Source: Squalus acanthias (taxonomy: Eukaryota). Taken from it: DNA of 64,000 nucleotides. The DNA is taken from the NCBI GenBank assembly GCA_030390025.1, contig CM059433.1:20338001-20402000 (forward strand). Reading direction: 5' to 3'. The notes under the pieces were generated by a model, which worked only from the letters and a program-made list of their open reading frames with translations, was not told the origin of the DNA and made no database searches. A program made the position numbers and the translations under genes. Below are positions 26,591 through 40,025 of the stretch, piece after piece. Positions within the stretch are counted from its first letter, which is position 1. Each line of letters opens with the position of its first letter.

Positions 26591-27671
26591 GTAAGTATTA
26601 CAAAGCAGCACACGTGAAAAATAATCTGGAGGAATGGGAAATCAAATGCCGGTGGGGACTCGGAAGTGGTCGTGGAGAAATCAGATTATGAAAAAGTACC
26701 ACAGCAGCTCAATGCAGAAGTGTGAGCAGCAAGAGGGAAGGCCATCTTGTGGAGTGGAGGGGGAGGAAGGCTAGCTTGGAGCAAGAGGGAGGCAGCATGG
26801 TGGCGTGTCTGGTGACGGGACTGATTTTTACAGGCTTGAGACAAGTGACACTGTAGATAAGAATGCTTTCGATAAGAGGCAAGTATTTACAGGCTGCTGG
26901 GATCAGCTTTATTAAAGAAAGACAGTGACCCAATAAATTGCACAGTCAATCTCCTTTGGTCGTGCAGTGGTACATTGGAGAATGTAATCTTTTTCTCACT
27001 TGTCTCTGCTGTCTTTTTCTCTCTCCTCCTCTGCTTTTCTCTTCTCTTTTCTGCTTCTCTCCACTGCCTTTTGTTACTCTCTCTGCCTTTGTCTTTTTCT
27101 TTCCCTTTAGATGGGATGTGGTAGGTGTGCAGTGGGGCAGAGAAAGGAGTCACCAATGACTGCATGCTGCATTTGATTTGGCGGTTGTGAGGAAAATGTG
27201 GTCCTCGGCAGGTCCCTCCCCATCTCCTCTCCCGATCACTCATGCTTCTGTCACCCCCTCGCTCCTAACAGGCCTTCTACCTTTTCACTTTCCTGTGAGC
27301 CATTTCACCTTCCTACAGCACCTTCACTACTCCTAGCTCTTCCCCTTTGAAATACCTGCTCAACCTATTTATCCTCCACCCCATGCTTTGCTGTCACTCA
27401 GATATCCCTAACCCTCCGTCCACCTCCCATTCCTACTCACTCGCTCCAAGGGTAATCGGTGAGAGGCCAGAGGCCCCCTCATCCTCAATCCGTTTCTCTC
27501 CCCTGCCCTGTCTCTGCTACTATCCCTTCCTATTTGTTTCACTCAGAGGCTTTGTTTATTTTCAAAATTAAACTTTTCTTTAAAGAAAGAAATCAAATTA
27601 GAATGGGAAAAGAAACTGTGTTTCTCTCTGTGTCTTTTCCCCTCTCTTTCTGTCTCTGCCTCATTGTTTCA

Positions 27672-27938
27672 AGGTGATTTTAACCCCACTCGCTCAGCAG
27701 AAACCTGACGGGTGGGCAGTTAAAATCGCCCTGGCTCTTACCTGTCCGAAAGCTGCCATGATTGCAGCATCTGCAATTTTAACCTGCTCTTCTGAGCAGG
27801 CAGCAAGGACACGCACCCGGAGCCAACAGGGTCCTTCTTTATATATGCATGTCGTGGCCCAATGACATCATTGAGACCCGACTGTAATTTTAACTCAGGC
27901 TTGAGTGGGGAATCCACCTGGAGTTAAAATCGGGGCCC
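27672..27938. mobile_element. Short Harbinger-like MITE
   Basis: Ends gattttaaccc / gagttaaaatcggggccc; GC-rich body resembling the other MITEs. Confidence 0.5.
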
Positions 27939-30224
27939 CTACTACTCACACATGCAAGCCATTATCACTGACCTTCTCTGACTGTCAACAAAACACAGGT
28001 GAGGTCATTTGCTGCTTTCAATATTTTAACTTTTATTTTGAAAACGGAAGTAATTTAACATGAGGAAAGTCACACACCATCTCCCGCTCACTCATCCCCT
28101 ACTCTCTCACTTTCTGCAGTTTATAGAACACAAAACAAAGGCTACAATAGGTGTGTAATCAGAACAGTTATTCTTTCTCTCTCACAACAGAAACACTCAA
28201 TTAAGCGTTTGAAAGTTGCCCTTTATCTTATCCTCAAATAATTATAAAAAAATAATCAGAAACTGGTAGAAGCTAAAGAAAATTATTGCTCAGTATAGCT
28301 GACTGAATGTTATTGATGCATCCTTGGAATTTAGGTATATTACACTTGCTCAGACTGCACAATCCATATTCGGCTCACAGCATCACAAATCGGGGCAAAA
28401 GTATCAAGTCCAAGCCCAGGCTCTTGGAGAGGCTGAGGCCTTCAAGTAAAAAGTTTAATGGAGGCACTAAAAGATGATTCAGTTATATATGTATTCATGT
28501 TTTTGTGAAACAAGTAATTACTTTGAATTGTTCGACCTTTATTTTGGACGTTAGAAAGTTCAGTTACTAAAGGGAAAAAGTTCAGCAAGCAGTTTGAGCA
28601 CATTATGTTGCCGATGGGCAGGTTACATAATCTGAAGGCCACACTGCATAATCGGAGTGACTGGTTTACATTATAAATGTGGAAATGGAATTTATAATAA
28701 GAAAAGTTGATACGAAAATGTGACCACAGGAAGTCAAATGGCACAGACATGAAATGCACACAGATAAGTTATTTTTAATATTTTATATATAAAAATACAT
28801 AAAACACTCGGATTCTACCCATGTCTACATTACATTATTTTACAACAACAAGGACACAGGAGTTGATTTACATCATTTTAGTGACATAGGTTGACGTCAG
28901 CTTTTTTATGGGTACTATACTCAGTTGCTCTGAAACAATTGTAACGCAATGCAAACATCTATAAGTAATGACTGTTGGTATTTGATTTAAAAACACAGAT
29001 GCACAGGGGAGGGCTCACGCTTTGATGTAGTCTTTGGGTTCTGCAGATGTTCATAACCGACTCCCGTCACTGGAAGTTCCATGATTGAATTACAGCCCTG
29101 TAATATCCTTTCACACCTCCACTATTCAAGCTATGGCTTGAAGCTTGCGCAGGAAGCATCCTTGATCTGCATAATCCCAGTTTAGACGAAATGTATTCAA
29201 AATGACAGGCTGCTAGGAACAATGAATTGCCATATTTAGCTCAACCTGTAAGAGTTGCAACTGCAGACGGTCCCATTGCAGCGCCCTGTAATCTTTGTGA
29301 TGAATTAGCAGCAGAAGTGCTTAACCAGAAAATCTCAATTGTAATGAAATATTAAAAGGGAATTAACAGTTGAAGTTCATATCACTGTAGATCTTGGGAG
29401 AGGAAAATCTTATTAGATTTTTCCTGTAGTGGTACAAACTAAATACAATTACTTTTTGTTCTTAAACTACATTAATTTGATCTGAATATTGCATTCCTCA
29501 GGCTTCTAATTCCTTGCGTTTTGTCCACTATTGGTTTGTGGTTAATAATCAGATTCTTGCCGTATCCACTTCTGCCTGTGTCCCTTACACTACACTGATT
29601 AATGAGCTGTTTCACCAGACTAATTGGAATCCATTTGCCTGCAAAGCTGACTGTGATGCGACAGCCTAAATGGACACGTTATCTCCCAATTTCTTCTCCT
29701 GTAGCTGTGGACAACTTAATTCTTCTAAAATGTTATTTTAGGCCATGTTTGTTGTTGTCATGGATAAATGTTTCTTATTATTTGTCCTGAAGGACTAGTT
29801 AATTGTGGGCTAATCTTTTCAGTATCAAATGTTGATCTCCCCTCACACTCCCTCTCCCTTTTGTGTTGCACAGGAGCACTAGAAGTTTTATCAACACGAA
29901 AAGGCCCAAAAGTTCTTTTTTTTACCATAGCCCAACTTTCCACCAAATCCTGCAACTCCTACAAACAAATCTAAATATCTCTTGAACCCATTGAATACGA
30001 ATTCCATCGTTGCTTTTCCCTGGTACCTATTTCCATATCTCCGTTAATATTTATATGAAATAGTTCTTCCTAAATTCTCTATTTATTCATTTATGAAATT
30101 ATGTCCTCCAGCTTCATGAGTACGAAAAGTTTATCTGAATCAACTTTATCAATTCTCTTTATCGTTTTTAAAACTTAGCTTCGATCACTTTGAAGTCTTG
30201 TCTTTTCCAATGAGGAAAGCCTAC

Positions 30225-30937
30225 GGACTAGAAATTCGGCTCCGTAGCGCATGTTTTTTTGGGGCTATGGGTGCCATTTTGCGTCCAAAATGGCATCCGT
30301 ACTGCGAGCGCACACTTCCGGTGTGGGCCGCGCCGGATGCCATCTTGATCAAGGCCAAACAAGAGGTGTCCTTTACCCACGTCTAAAGCAGGCACTAGGC
30401 TATTAACATATGCAAATAAGGGGCCAAATGCCTGCTTCTGCTCCCTCTTGCAACTTTGATTTGCGACTGAGTCGGCCAGTGCCTGTGCTGATTGCCTCTG
30501 GGAAAACCAACGCTAGACACCACATAAGTGAAAAGCAGGTAAGTACATACCACAATCCTCGCCGCTCCCGGTCCCGAGGTCTCTGACCTCACTCCCGACT
30601 CCGACCTCCAGGCCCCCCACCCCCCACAATCTCCCCCTGGCCCCGATCCCCCAACAATACTCCAGATCGCCGTGATCTTCCTACCCGACCCCCAACAGCC
30701 CTCCGATCAGACTCCGAGGCCCAGCCCTTCTCTTCCAGACCCCCGTGATCCAACCCAATCACTTACCTGAAAATTGCTGTACGAACCTGTGCGTGCTCCT
30801 ACCTCAGTGCCATCTACATGATAATGAGGTTCAAGGCCCAAAATCTGTGGCTCCTCGGACCTCCCCCACTTGAGTGCGGACTATTAGCACTCTGCGCGGA
30901 ATGTGCTCAAAAATGGACGCTACCGAATTTCTAGGCC
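30225..30937. mobile_element. Non-autonomous Harbinger-like element inserted in an old CR1 remnant
   Basis: TIRs ggactagaaattcgg / ccgaatttctaggcc; flanks tac/taa; a decayed minus-strand CR1 (about 29960-30224) resumes after 30938. Confidence 0.72.
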
Positions 30938-30980
30938 TAATTCTTTAATGCGTCATCATAATTTAGATTCCTGAGATTCT

Positions 30981-32090
30981 GGCCTTGAAATTTGATGGCG
31001 CCACGCCTGTTTTTCAGGCGCAAAACGGGTGCCTAAGCATTCAGTATGGTGGCTGGGCATGCGCTCATTACGCGTTGGAGATGCGCTGTCCGCCATATTG
31101 CTAAAGGCTGAATCTGTCCTGTGCCTGAAACAGATGTTAGGCTCTTTGCGTATGCAAATAAGGGGCCTAATGCCTATTTAAGGTCCCCTTTGCAAAATTG
31201 GGCTGCCCTGAACACAGTAGGCACCAATTTTCTCTATAAACTGCGCAGCAGCACAACGCTCTGCAGGTCCCGCGCAGCCGGTGAGCCGGCTTTTAAATAG
31301 AAAAACCACGTGACGTAAGAAACTACTAGGCACTTGGTCTGAGTATTAACCAAGGCTTTAATCAACTGTTTTTCAACATGGAGATCTAGTTGTGTCCTTC
31401 TCTAGTTCCTGTTAAAGAATGTCCTGAGCAAGCTGGGCCCATGCCCAAGTATTTATACTCTCCCTGGACAGCGCCACCAGCAGGCCACCCAGTATTATTT
31501 CATAAGTCATTTTCACATGAATGACAAGATTCATGTCACCACGCATAGGCGGAATTTTGAATGGCCTGTGCGGCCCCTTAAAGGGACCGCGTGGGCCAAA
31601 AAGACAATTAGAGGGAACATTGGTAGGCACGGGGCTGGTTGCGTTCAGGAAAACATGGTCTACATGTGGCCTAACCTGTGGTCCTTAAAGAGACAGCTGG
31701 AGGCCGCAACCAAAAAGGTAGGTTTTTAAAAAATATACTACCTATTGCCTCTCCCTCTTTGCTGGTCCCCTGCCTCTGCTGATCACCCCCTCCCTCTAAT
31801 GATCTTCCGCTCTCTGCTGACCATCCCCCTCTCTCCTGATCCCTCCCCACTGCTGATCGCCCCCTCCCTCTCATGATTCCCGCTCCCTCTGCTGATCACC
31901 CCTCACTTTCCGAATTGACCTCCCCTCTCTCAGCACCTACCTGAGGGCCACAGCCGGTGGCACAGCTGGTGAGCTGCCTGGGGATGTCCAGCAGGCATCG
32001 GCAGCTCGCCGGTCTGAAGTAAATAAGGCCCAATATTGGGTGTGCCTCAGGCCTACTCATTCCAGCACAGGGATCGTTCCCTGCGCCTGT
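30981..32090. mobile_element. GC-rich non-autonomous DNA transposon remnant
   Basis: Starts ggccttgaaattt; shares tatgcaaataaggggcc motif with 30410-30427. Right end uncertain. Confidence 0.45.
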
Positions 32091-32434
32091 CTCCATATCA
32101 TTTATATTGCTTGATGCCGCATCCTCTTAGGATCGGGGGAATATTTCTTCCTTTCTCTGTTACAAAATCATAAACTTAATTATAATTCTGTTACAGTGCA
32201 CAGATGAAATCTTCCCCTATTTTTACTTTATGAAAAAAAAACTTTCTTTCTTTGGCAAGGAGCAAGCGCTGTAAAAAATGCCTAATTCTCATCATAATTA
32301 TATCATATGTGGGTGATACAGTTTTGTGTTGGTGCCCCTTTGGTAGCCTTTGTCGAGTAATACTTTGCTAAAGGGCTCGCTGCAGATGGCCTTAGAGGGT
32401 TAAATTATGAGCACAGGTTGCATAAACCTGGCTT

Positions 32435-32840
32435 GTATTCATTCCCTTGAGTATAGAGGATTGAGGGGTGACCTGATCGAGGCGTTTACAATGTTAAAAG
32501 GATTCGATAGGGTAGATGCAGAGAAACTATTTCTACTGGTGGTTGAATCAAGAACGAGGGGGCACAATCTTAAAATTAGAGCCAGGCCAATGAGGGGGGT
32601 TATCAGAAAGCACTTCTTTGCTCAAAGGGGCGTAGAAATCTGGAATTCTCGCCCCCAAAAGGCTGTGGATGCTGGGTCAATTGGAGCTTTCAAGACTGAG
32701 AGCGATAGTTTTTTGTTTGGTAAGGGTATCAAAGGATATGGAGCTAAGACGGGTAAATAGAGCTGAGGTTCTGATCGGTCATGGTCTAATTGAAAGGCGG
32801 AGCAGTCTGGAGGGTCTGAATGGCTTCCTCCTGTTCCTAA
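32435..32840 (+). mobile_element. CR1 LINE 3' end
   Basis: SLEYRGLRGDLIEAF...RTRGHNLKI...GKGIKGYG. Confidence 0.85.
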
Positions 32841-33454
32841 CTGCACCTATCAAGTACAAGTGAATCTGGAGGCTATCTGTTAAAATGTATGTGGTGGTTG
32901 AGGCTGGGGGTGGGGGACGGGGAGAGAAACGCAGAAGGAACCTGCTTCATCTTATTTCTGCTTGATTGAAATACTTATTTAAGCCAGTCTTGACAAACAA
33001 TTTTTTTTAATATGTTTCCATGAGCAACGATCAATTGCTCACTGCCACTGTGTCTCCCCATCAGAGAAATCCTTAGCTGAAGAGTTCTTTGTACAGCCCA
33101 GAAAATAGAACTTTCAATTAAGTGTAAATTGAATTTGCAGACTGCAACCGGACAGGGGGAAGTCCTTGTGGAGCGTACTTGAATTGAATTGTCTGTTTTT
33201 TGGATTCTGTCAAGAAACATTTCTATCGAGTGGAAGTGAAATGAAGCATAGACACTCCGTCGGGACTCCCTCCCCACCCCGACTTCAGCCATGTGCCTCG
33301 ATCTTCACTTGCACTCAATTGAAACGTGGCAAATTCCATGGAGGCTCAACTGGTCTGCCTCCGCAACGTTGGCTAGAGACCGATAGAACCCCAAAGAAAC
33401 AGGGCGATCCTGTTATCTTGGGTGTCCATATTGCCTTAGATGGAACGGAATATT

Positions 33455-33920
33455 TGAAAGAAAGAAAGACTTGAATTTATATCGCGCCTTTCATGGCCAC
33501 CGGATGTCTCATAAGCGCTTTACAGCCAATGAAGTACTTTTGAAGTGGAGTCACTGTTGTAATGTGGGAAACACAGTAGTCAATTTGCACACAGCAAGGT
33601 CCCACAAACAGCAATGTGATAATGACCAGATAATCTGTTTTTATTATGTTGGTTGAGGGATAAGTATTGGCCAGGATAAGTCCCCTGCTTTTCTTTGAAA
33701 TAGTGCCATGGGATCTTTTACACCCACCTGAGAGAGCAGACGGGGCCTCGGTTTAACATCTCATCTGAAAGACAGGCACCTCCAACAGTGCCGCACTCCC
33801 TCAGTACTGCACTGGAATGTCAGCCTAGCTTTATGTGCTCAAGTCCCTGGAGTGGGACCTGAACCCACAACCTTCTGACTTAGAGGCGAGTGTGCGACCC
33901 ACTGAGCCACAGCTGACACT
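33455..33920 (-). mobile_element. Full-length Deu-domain SINE with tRNA-like head
   Basis: Minus strand: gtggctcagtgg (A box), ggttcaggtccc (B-box-like), Deu core and aagtctttcttt tail. Confidence 0.85.
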
Positions 33921-33939
33921 GTCTGTCCACCTCTTACAA

Positions 33940-34320
33940 GGGGTGACCTAATAGAGGTCTTTAAAATTATGAAAAATTTTGATAGAGTGGATACAGAGAG
34001 AGTGTTTCCACTTGTGAGGAAGAGCATAACTAGAGGCCATCAATATAAGATAGCCACCAAGAAATCCAATAGCTAATTCAGAAGAAACTTCTTTACCCAA
34101 AGAGTGGTGAGAATGTGGAACTCACTACCACAGGGAGTGGTTGAAGCGAATTTAAGGGGAGGCGGGACAAACATATGAGGGAGAAGGGAACAGAGGGTTA
34201 TGCTGATAGATTTAGATGAGGAAAGACGTGAGGAGGCTCGAGTGGAGCATAAATGCCGGCATGGACTGGTTGGGCCGAATGGCCTGTTTCTGTGCCGTAT
34301 ATCCGATGTAATCCGATGTA
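33940..34320 (+). mobile_element. CR1 LINE 3' end
   Basis: GDLIEVFKIMK...FFTQRVVRMWNSLP; atccgatgta tandem tail. Confidence 0.82.
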
Positions 34321-35115
34321 AATGACAAACCTCCCTAAGCTGGGAGTTCCCACTCTTGATGAGCACCCGACATATCAGTGGCAGCCAGTGCACTGGAAAA
34401 GATTAGGTGTACTGGCATCCACAAGGGCAGATGTGGGCCCCACTGGTGGGGTCCAGGTCTGGCAAGTAGCATCAATCCCCAAAGAGGACAGTTTTTTTTT
34501 CAAAACGCCATTGTATTGTACCCCTTGCTTGGGGTCTAGTCAGGGTGTGGGCGGGGGGTTGTCAAACTGCAACCCCCCCCACCACCACCCCATGGGTAGG
34601 CAGTTGCCTCAGTCTCCTAATGTACAGAATTACATCGAATTTTACAACAGACAAACAGGCCATTCGACGCAACTGGTCTCTGCCAGTGTTTACCCTCCAC
34701 ACGGGGCACATGTGGCAGGCAAACACCGAAGAAGCACCCAAGTGGTACTTGCACCCACCAGGCCGCATGCAAATGAGATGCCCTCCCGCTGACTCTGCAA
34801 AACCTGTGAACCGTGGGGATCGCCACCCATGGAATTCGAGATCACGGCCTCCTTAAGTAGGAATTAGTCTGGGTGAAGTGGGAAGCTGCTGAATAATAAT
34901 GCTGAGTGAGGTCGGTGTTTCATGCAGAAAGCATCTCCCATTGTATTTGCAGTTCTGTAAAAATAAAGTTGCACAAAATGTTACACGGACAAACCTTTGG
35001 CTTTTTCAACAAAAAAAAAGTCTCTTATATTCTGAGATGATTTCACAGAAGAGGAGCAGTCTCCATGGGGAAGCCGGTTTTAGTGTAGAGTACTGGATAA
35101 CTCTGTGCCTCTCAC

Positions 35116-35166
35116 CTGCTGCTTTACCTCCTATCTGTGAGGATGAGTCTGGCAGTGAAAACTGCC
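35116..35166 (-). other. Candidate 51-nt exon of an unidentified minus-strand transcript
   Basis: Long polypyrimidine acceptor ...tttctcttctcttccag and donor cag|gtgaga; only one open frame (GQFSLPDSSSQIGGKAA). Confidence 0.25.
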
Positions 35167-36244
35167 CTGGAAGAGAAGAGAAACCCAAGAAGAGGAAGCA
35201 TTTGGTCGGAAGAGGTAGCTGAGAGGAATCCAGCATCGCTGTCACCGCGTGGACACCTATCCCAGGCAGTGGCTTGACTCCTCCAGCAATTCTGGCTCAG
35301 TGTTGCTGCTGGTTAACTGTGAACACAGGAGTTATTACTCAATGTAATCTGAGGGACACAGAAGCAATTTATATCGAAAGGCACCTTCCCTTTAAACGCT
35401 CAAAACTCAAGGATTTTATTGGACTATTAAAGAGGTCATTAACGTCAGAAGTTTATTTTTTTTCCCCCCAAGTGCGTGAATCCAGGAGTCACAATCTGAT
35501 TCTTCTGCTCTTTGCTGCTCACGATGCACCACATCCCACGATGCACAATTATGGGTATGGTGGTGTGGTGTGGTAAAAGGTAGCACGGTCGGACTGATTT
35601 AAAACATATTAACAAGCTATTGCTTCGAAGGCCAAAAGACTTTTTAGAGCGGAGTTTCTGGGGAAGGGGAGGCCCAAGATTCCCTTGAGGGACCCGAAGG
35701 AGCGCTCCTGCTCCTCTTGGCACATAAGGACACATAAAACACATTAAGAACTTTGATCGTACTCCTGTTTGTCAATCAAATTTCTAGGCTAATTGGGCAA
35801 TAGAATGACCTTCAATATTTTGTGCTAGATTTTTGGCTGCTCAGCCACCCACCTGTTAACTTGTACGACTCGAAAGGGCGGCAGCGCCAGTATGGAGAGT
35901 AGTGGCAAGATTGGCACCACCAGCATTAGGGGTGATACTGACAGCAGCAAAATAGACAGTGAGGCACGAAATGTGGAAGTGGAGCAAGGGCTGTAATGAA
36001 GGCTCACAGGGCTGCAGTTTGCCCATGGATCATATAACAAGCACCCCTGCCACAGTGTGTACGGGTGGAATTTTCTTTATTAATTATTCTACAGTATAGT
36101 TTTCTTGCTTAATTGTGCTTACATGCTATTTGGTAACAGTCAGATTCATCTCTCGGAAGGACTGCCTTTTTCCATGAGAGGTGGCAACAACTCAGAATTA
36201 CCGTGCTGTATTTTGCATTACCAATCAGAAATGCCTATCGGAAT

Positions 36245-36642
36245 ATAAAGAAAGAAAGACTTGCATTTATATAGCGCCTTTCATGACCTCAGGGCGTCCC
36301 AAAGCGCTTTACAGCCAACGAAGTACTTTTTAAAATGTAGTCACTGTTGTAATGTGGGAAACGCGGCAGTCAATCTGCGCACAGCAAACTCCCACAAACA
36401 GCAATGTGGTAATCTGTTTTTTAGTGATGTTGATTGAAGGATAATTATTGGCCAGGACACCGGGGCGAACTCTCCCACTCTTCTTCGAAATAGTGCCTTG
36501 GGATCTTTTACATCCAGCTGAGAGAGCAGACGGGGCCTCGGCTTAACGTCGCATCAGAAAGACGGCACCTCCGACAATGCAGCGCTCCCTCAGCACCGCA
36601 CTGGAGTGTCAGCCTAGATTTTTGTGCTCAAGTCTCCGGAGT
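36245..36642 (-). mobile_element. Deu-domain SINE
   Basis: Reverse complement of 17768-18155. Confidence 0.85.
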
Positions 36643-36853
36643 GAATATGGAAAGGGAAAGATTCTTCAAATGGCATGGACACATTATGGAGTTCTGCTCT
36701 GCCATGAGCTTGACTCTGGCTCTGATTGGCAGGGGGCGGGCCATTTTAAAAGTGTATTTATGACCTCTTTATAGCCACTACTTACAGAACTGCCCAATCA
36801 CATATACAGCTGTAACTCTGCCACACCTCCATCAATGACCTTACATCCTCACA

Positions 36854-39800
36854 AAAGGGATGGTCTGCACTTGGGCAGGACTGGAACCGATGTCCTCGGG
36901 TAATATTTGCTAAAGCAGTTCGGGAGGATTTAAACTAATATGGCAGGGGAATGGGAACCTATGTAGCGAAACAGGGGGAAGTAATATGCAGTCAGAAACA
37001 AATGTTAGAAGGGTGAGAAACAATAGGGGAAGGCCGAGTAAACAAAGGCAAGAAACACAAAGGGCCATACTAAATCATAAGTCTAAAAGGACAAAGGATG
37101 TTAATAAAACAAGCCTAAAGGCTCTGTGTCTTAATGCAAGGAGTATCCGTAATAAGGTGGATGAATTGACTGTGCAAATAGATGTTAACGGATACGATGT
37201 GATTGGGATTACAGAGACGTGGCTCCAGAACAATCAAGGCTGGGAACTGAACATCCAGGGGTATTCAACATTCAGAAAGGATAGAATAAAAGGAAAAGGG
37301 GGTGGGGTAACATTGCTGGTTAAAGAGGAGATTAATGCAATAGCTAGGAAGGACATCAGCTTGGAGGATGTGGAATCAATATGGGTTGAGCTGCAGAACA
37401 CCAAAGGGCAGAAAACGTTAGTGGGAGTTGTGTACAGACCTCCAAACAGCAGTAGTGAGGTGGGGGAGGGTATGAAACAGGAAATCAGAGGTGCGTGCAA
37501 AAAAGGCACGGCAGTTATCATGGGTGACTTTAATATGCATATAGATTGGGCTACTCAAACTGGAAGCAATACGGTGGAGGAGGATTTCCTGGAGTGTTTA
37601 AGGGATGGTTTCCCAAACCAATATGTTGAGGAACCAACTCGAGGGGAGGCCATCCTGGACTGGGTGTTGTGTAATGAGGAAGGACTAATCAGCAATCTTG
37701 TGGTACGAGGCCCCCTGGGGAAGAGTGACCATAGTATGGTGGAGTTCTACATTAGGATGGAGAAGGAAACAGTTAAGTCAGAGACCATGGTCCAGAACTT
37801 AAATAAGGGCAACTTTGAGGGTATGAGGCGTGAATTGGCGAGGTTAAATTGGCAAGCGATATTTAAGGGGCTATCAGTGGAAGGGCAATGGCAGACATTT
37901 AGAGATCGCATGGATGAACTACAACAATTGTACATCCCGGTCTGGCATAAAAATAAAAAAGGGAAGGTGGCTCAACCATGGCTAACAAGGGAAATCAGGG
38001 ATAGTATTAAAACCAAGGAAGTTGCATACAAATTGGCCAGAAGTAGCAGCAAACCCGGGGACTGGGAGAACTTCAAAACTCAGCAGAGGAGGACGAAGGG
38101 TTTGATTAGGGCAGGGAAAATAAAATATGAAAGGAAGCTTGCAGAGAACATTAAAATGGACTGCAAAAGCTTCTATAAATATGTAAAAAGAAAGAGGTTA
38201 GTAAAAACAAACGTAGGTCCCCTGCAGTCGGAAACAGGGGAAGTCGTAATGGGGAACAAGGAAATGGCAGATCAATTGAACAAGTATTTTGGTTCGGTGT
38301 TTACTGTGGAGGACACACACAACCTGCCGGAAATAAAAGGGGTCAGAGGATCTGGTAAGAGGGAGGAGCTGAGGGAAATCCTTATTAGTCGGGAAAAGGT
38401 ATTGGGGAAATTGATGGGACTGAAGGCTGAAAAATCCCCGGGGCCTGATGGTCTGCATCCCAGAGTACTTAAGGAGGTGGCCTTGGAAATAGTGGATGCA
38501 TTGACGATCATTTTCCAACATTCCGTAGACTCTGGATCAGTTCCGATGGAGTGGAGGGTGGCCAATGTAACCCCTCTTTTTAAAAAAGGAGGGAGGGAGA
38601 AAGCAGGGAATTATAGACCGGTCAGCCTGACATCGGTCGTGGGTAAAATGATGGAAGCAATTATTAAAGATGTCATAACAGACCATTTGGAAAGTGGCGA
38701 CATGATAGGTCCAAGTCAGCATGGATTTGTGAAAGGGAAATCATGCTTGACAAATCTTCTGGAATTTTTTGAGGATGTTTCCAATAGGGTGGACAGGGGG
38801 GAACCAGTAGATGTGGTGTATTTGGACTTTCAGAAGGCCTTCGACAAGGTCCCACACAAGAGATTGGTGAGCAAAGTTAAAGCACATGGGATTGGGGGTA
38901 ATGTGTTGACGTGGATTGAGAACTGGTTGGCACACAGGAAACAAAGAGTAGGAGTAAATGGGTACTTTTCAGAATGGCAGGCAGTGACCAGCGGGGTACC
39001 GCAGGGTTCGGTGCTGGGACCCCAGCTGTTTACATTATATATTAATGATTTGGACGAAGGGATTAAATGTAATATCTCCAAATTTGCGGATGACACTAAA
39101 TTGGGAGGCAGTGTGAACAATGAGGAGGATGCTAGGAGGCTACAGAGTGACTTGGACAGGTTGGGTGAATGGGCAAATGTATGGCAGATGAAGTACAATG
39201 TGGATAAATGTGAGGTTATCCACTTTGGTGGTAAAAATAGAGAGGCGGACTATTACCTGAATGGTGGCAGATTAGGGAAAGGGGACGTGCAACGAGACCT
39301 GGGCGTCATGGTACATCAGTCACTGAAGGTGGGAATGCAAGTGCAGCAGGCAGTCAAGAAAGCAAACGGAATGATGGCCTTCATAGCAAGGGGATTTGAG
39401 TACAGGAGTAGGGAGGTGATGCTACAGTTGTACAGGGCCTTGGTGAGGCCACACCTGGAGTATTGTGCGCAGTTTTGGTCTCCTAACTTAAGGAAGGACA
39501 TTCTTGCTATTGAGGGAGTGCAGCGAAGGTTCACTAGATTGATTCCTGGGATGGCCGGACTGACATATCAAGAAAGATTGGGTCAACTGAACTTGTATCC
39601 TCTGGAGTTCAGAAGAATGAGGGGGGATCTTATAGAGACATTTAAAATCCTGACTGGTTTAGACAAATTAGATGCGGGCAGAATGTTCCCAATGGTAGGG
39701 AAAACTAGAACCAGGGGTCACAGTCTAAGGATTAAGGGGAAGCCATTTAGGACTGAGCTGAGGAGGAACTTCTTCACCCAGAGAGTGGTGAATCTATGGA

Positions 39801-40025
39801 ATTCTCTTCCACAGAAGGTTGTTGAGGCCAGTTCGCTAAATATATTCAAAAGGGAGTTAGATATAACACTCACAACTAAGGGGATCAAGGGGTATGGCGA
39901 GAAAGCAGGAATGGGGTACTGAGGTAGCATGTTCAGCCATGAACGCATTGAATGGCGGTGCAGGCTCGAAGGACCGAATGGTCTACTCCTGTACCTATTT
40001 TCTATGTTTCTATGTTTCTATGTTT
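36854..40025 (+). mobile_element. Young 5'-truncated CR1 LINE with complete ORF2
   Basis: End of ORF1 (KRDGLHL..TGT, esterase-like, frameshifted), intact ORF2, 3' UTR and (TTTCTATG)3 tail. Candidate TSD ctcaca at 36848-36853 and 40026-40031. Confidence 0.95.
36986..39922 (+). CDS. CR1 ORF2: APE endonuclease + reverse transcriptase (978 aa)
   Basis: APE motifs NARSI, ITETW, GGGV, VYRPP, MGDFN, LDWV, SDH; RT motifs YRPVSLTS, DFQKAFD, GVPQGSVLGP, FADD; no stops. Confidence 0.95.
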   Translation: MQSETNVRRVRNNRGRPSKQRQETQRAILNHKSKRTKDVNKTSLKALCLNARSIRNKVDELTVQIDVNGYDVIGITETWLQNNQGWELNIQGYSTFRKDRIKGKGGGVTLLVKEEINAIARKDISLEDVESIWVELQNTKGQKTLVGVVYRPPNSSSEVGEGMKQEIRGACKKGTAVIMGDFNMHIDWATQTGSNTVEEDFLECLRDGFPNQYVEEPTRGEAILDWVLCNEEGLISNLVVRGPLGKSDHSMVEFYIRMEKETVKSETMVQNLNKGNFEGMRRELARLNWQAIFKGLSVEGQWQTFRDRMDELQQLYIPVWHKNKKGKVAQPWLTREIRDSIKTKEVAYKLARSSSKPGDWENFKTQQRRTKGLIRAGKIKYERKLAENIKMDCKSFYKYVKRKRLVKTNVGPLQSETGEVVMGNKEMADQLNKYFGSVFTVEDTHNLPEIKGVRGSGKREELREILISREKVLGKLMGLKAEKSPGPDGLHPRVLKEVALEIVDALTIIFQHSVDSGSVPMEWRVANVTPLFKKGGREKAGNYRPVSLTSVVGKMMEAIIKDVITDHLESGDMIGPSQHGFVKGKSCLTNLLEFFEDVSNRVDRGEPVDVVYLDFQKAFDKVPHKRLVSKVKAHGIGGNVLTWIENWLAHRKQRVGVNGYFSEWQAVTSGVPQGSVLGPQLFTLYINDLDEGIKCNISKFADDTKLGGSVNNEEDARRLQSDLDRLGEWANVWQMKYNVDKCEVIHFGGKNREADYYLNGGRLGKGDVQRDLGVMVHQSLKVGMQVQQAVKKANGMMAFIARGFEYRSREVMLQLYRALVRPHLEYCAQFWSPNLRKDILAIEGVQRRFTRLIPGMAGLTYQERLGQLNLYPLEFRRMRGDLIETFKILTGLDKLDAGRMFPMVGKTRTRGHSLRIKGKPFRTELRRNFFTQRVVNLWNSLPQKVVEASSLNIFKRELDITLTTKGIKGYGEKAGMGY

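Noticed and set aside
33845..33920. tRNA genes (also 60295-60360)
   Set aside because: The A/B boxes belong to SINE heads followed by the Deu core; no complete cloverleaf.
34899..35222. Plus-strand ORF with acidic and NLS-like segment (EDESGSEN...KPKKRK)
   Set aside because: Explained by the purine-rich complement of a polypyrimidine tract; no splice or homology support.
37234..39948. Antisense ORFs within CR1 (likewise alternative-frame ORFs within Penelope, 55142-57792)
   Set aside because: Shadow ORFs of the long coding frames.
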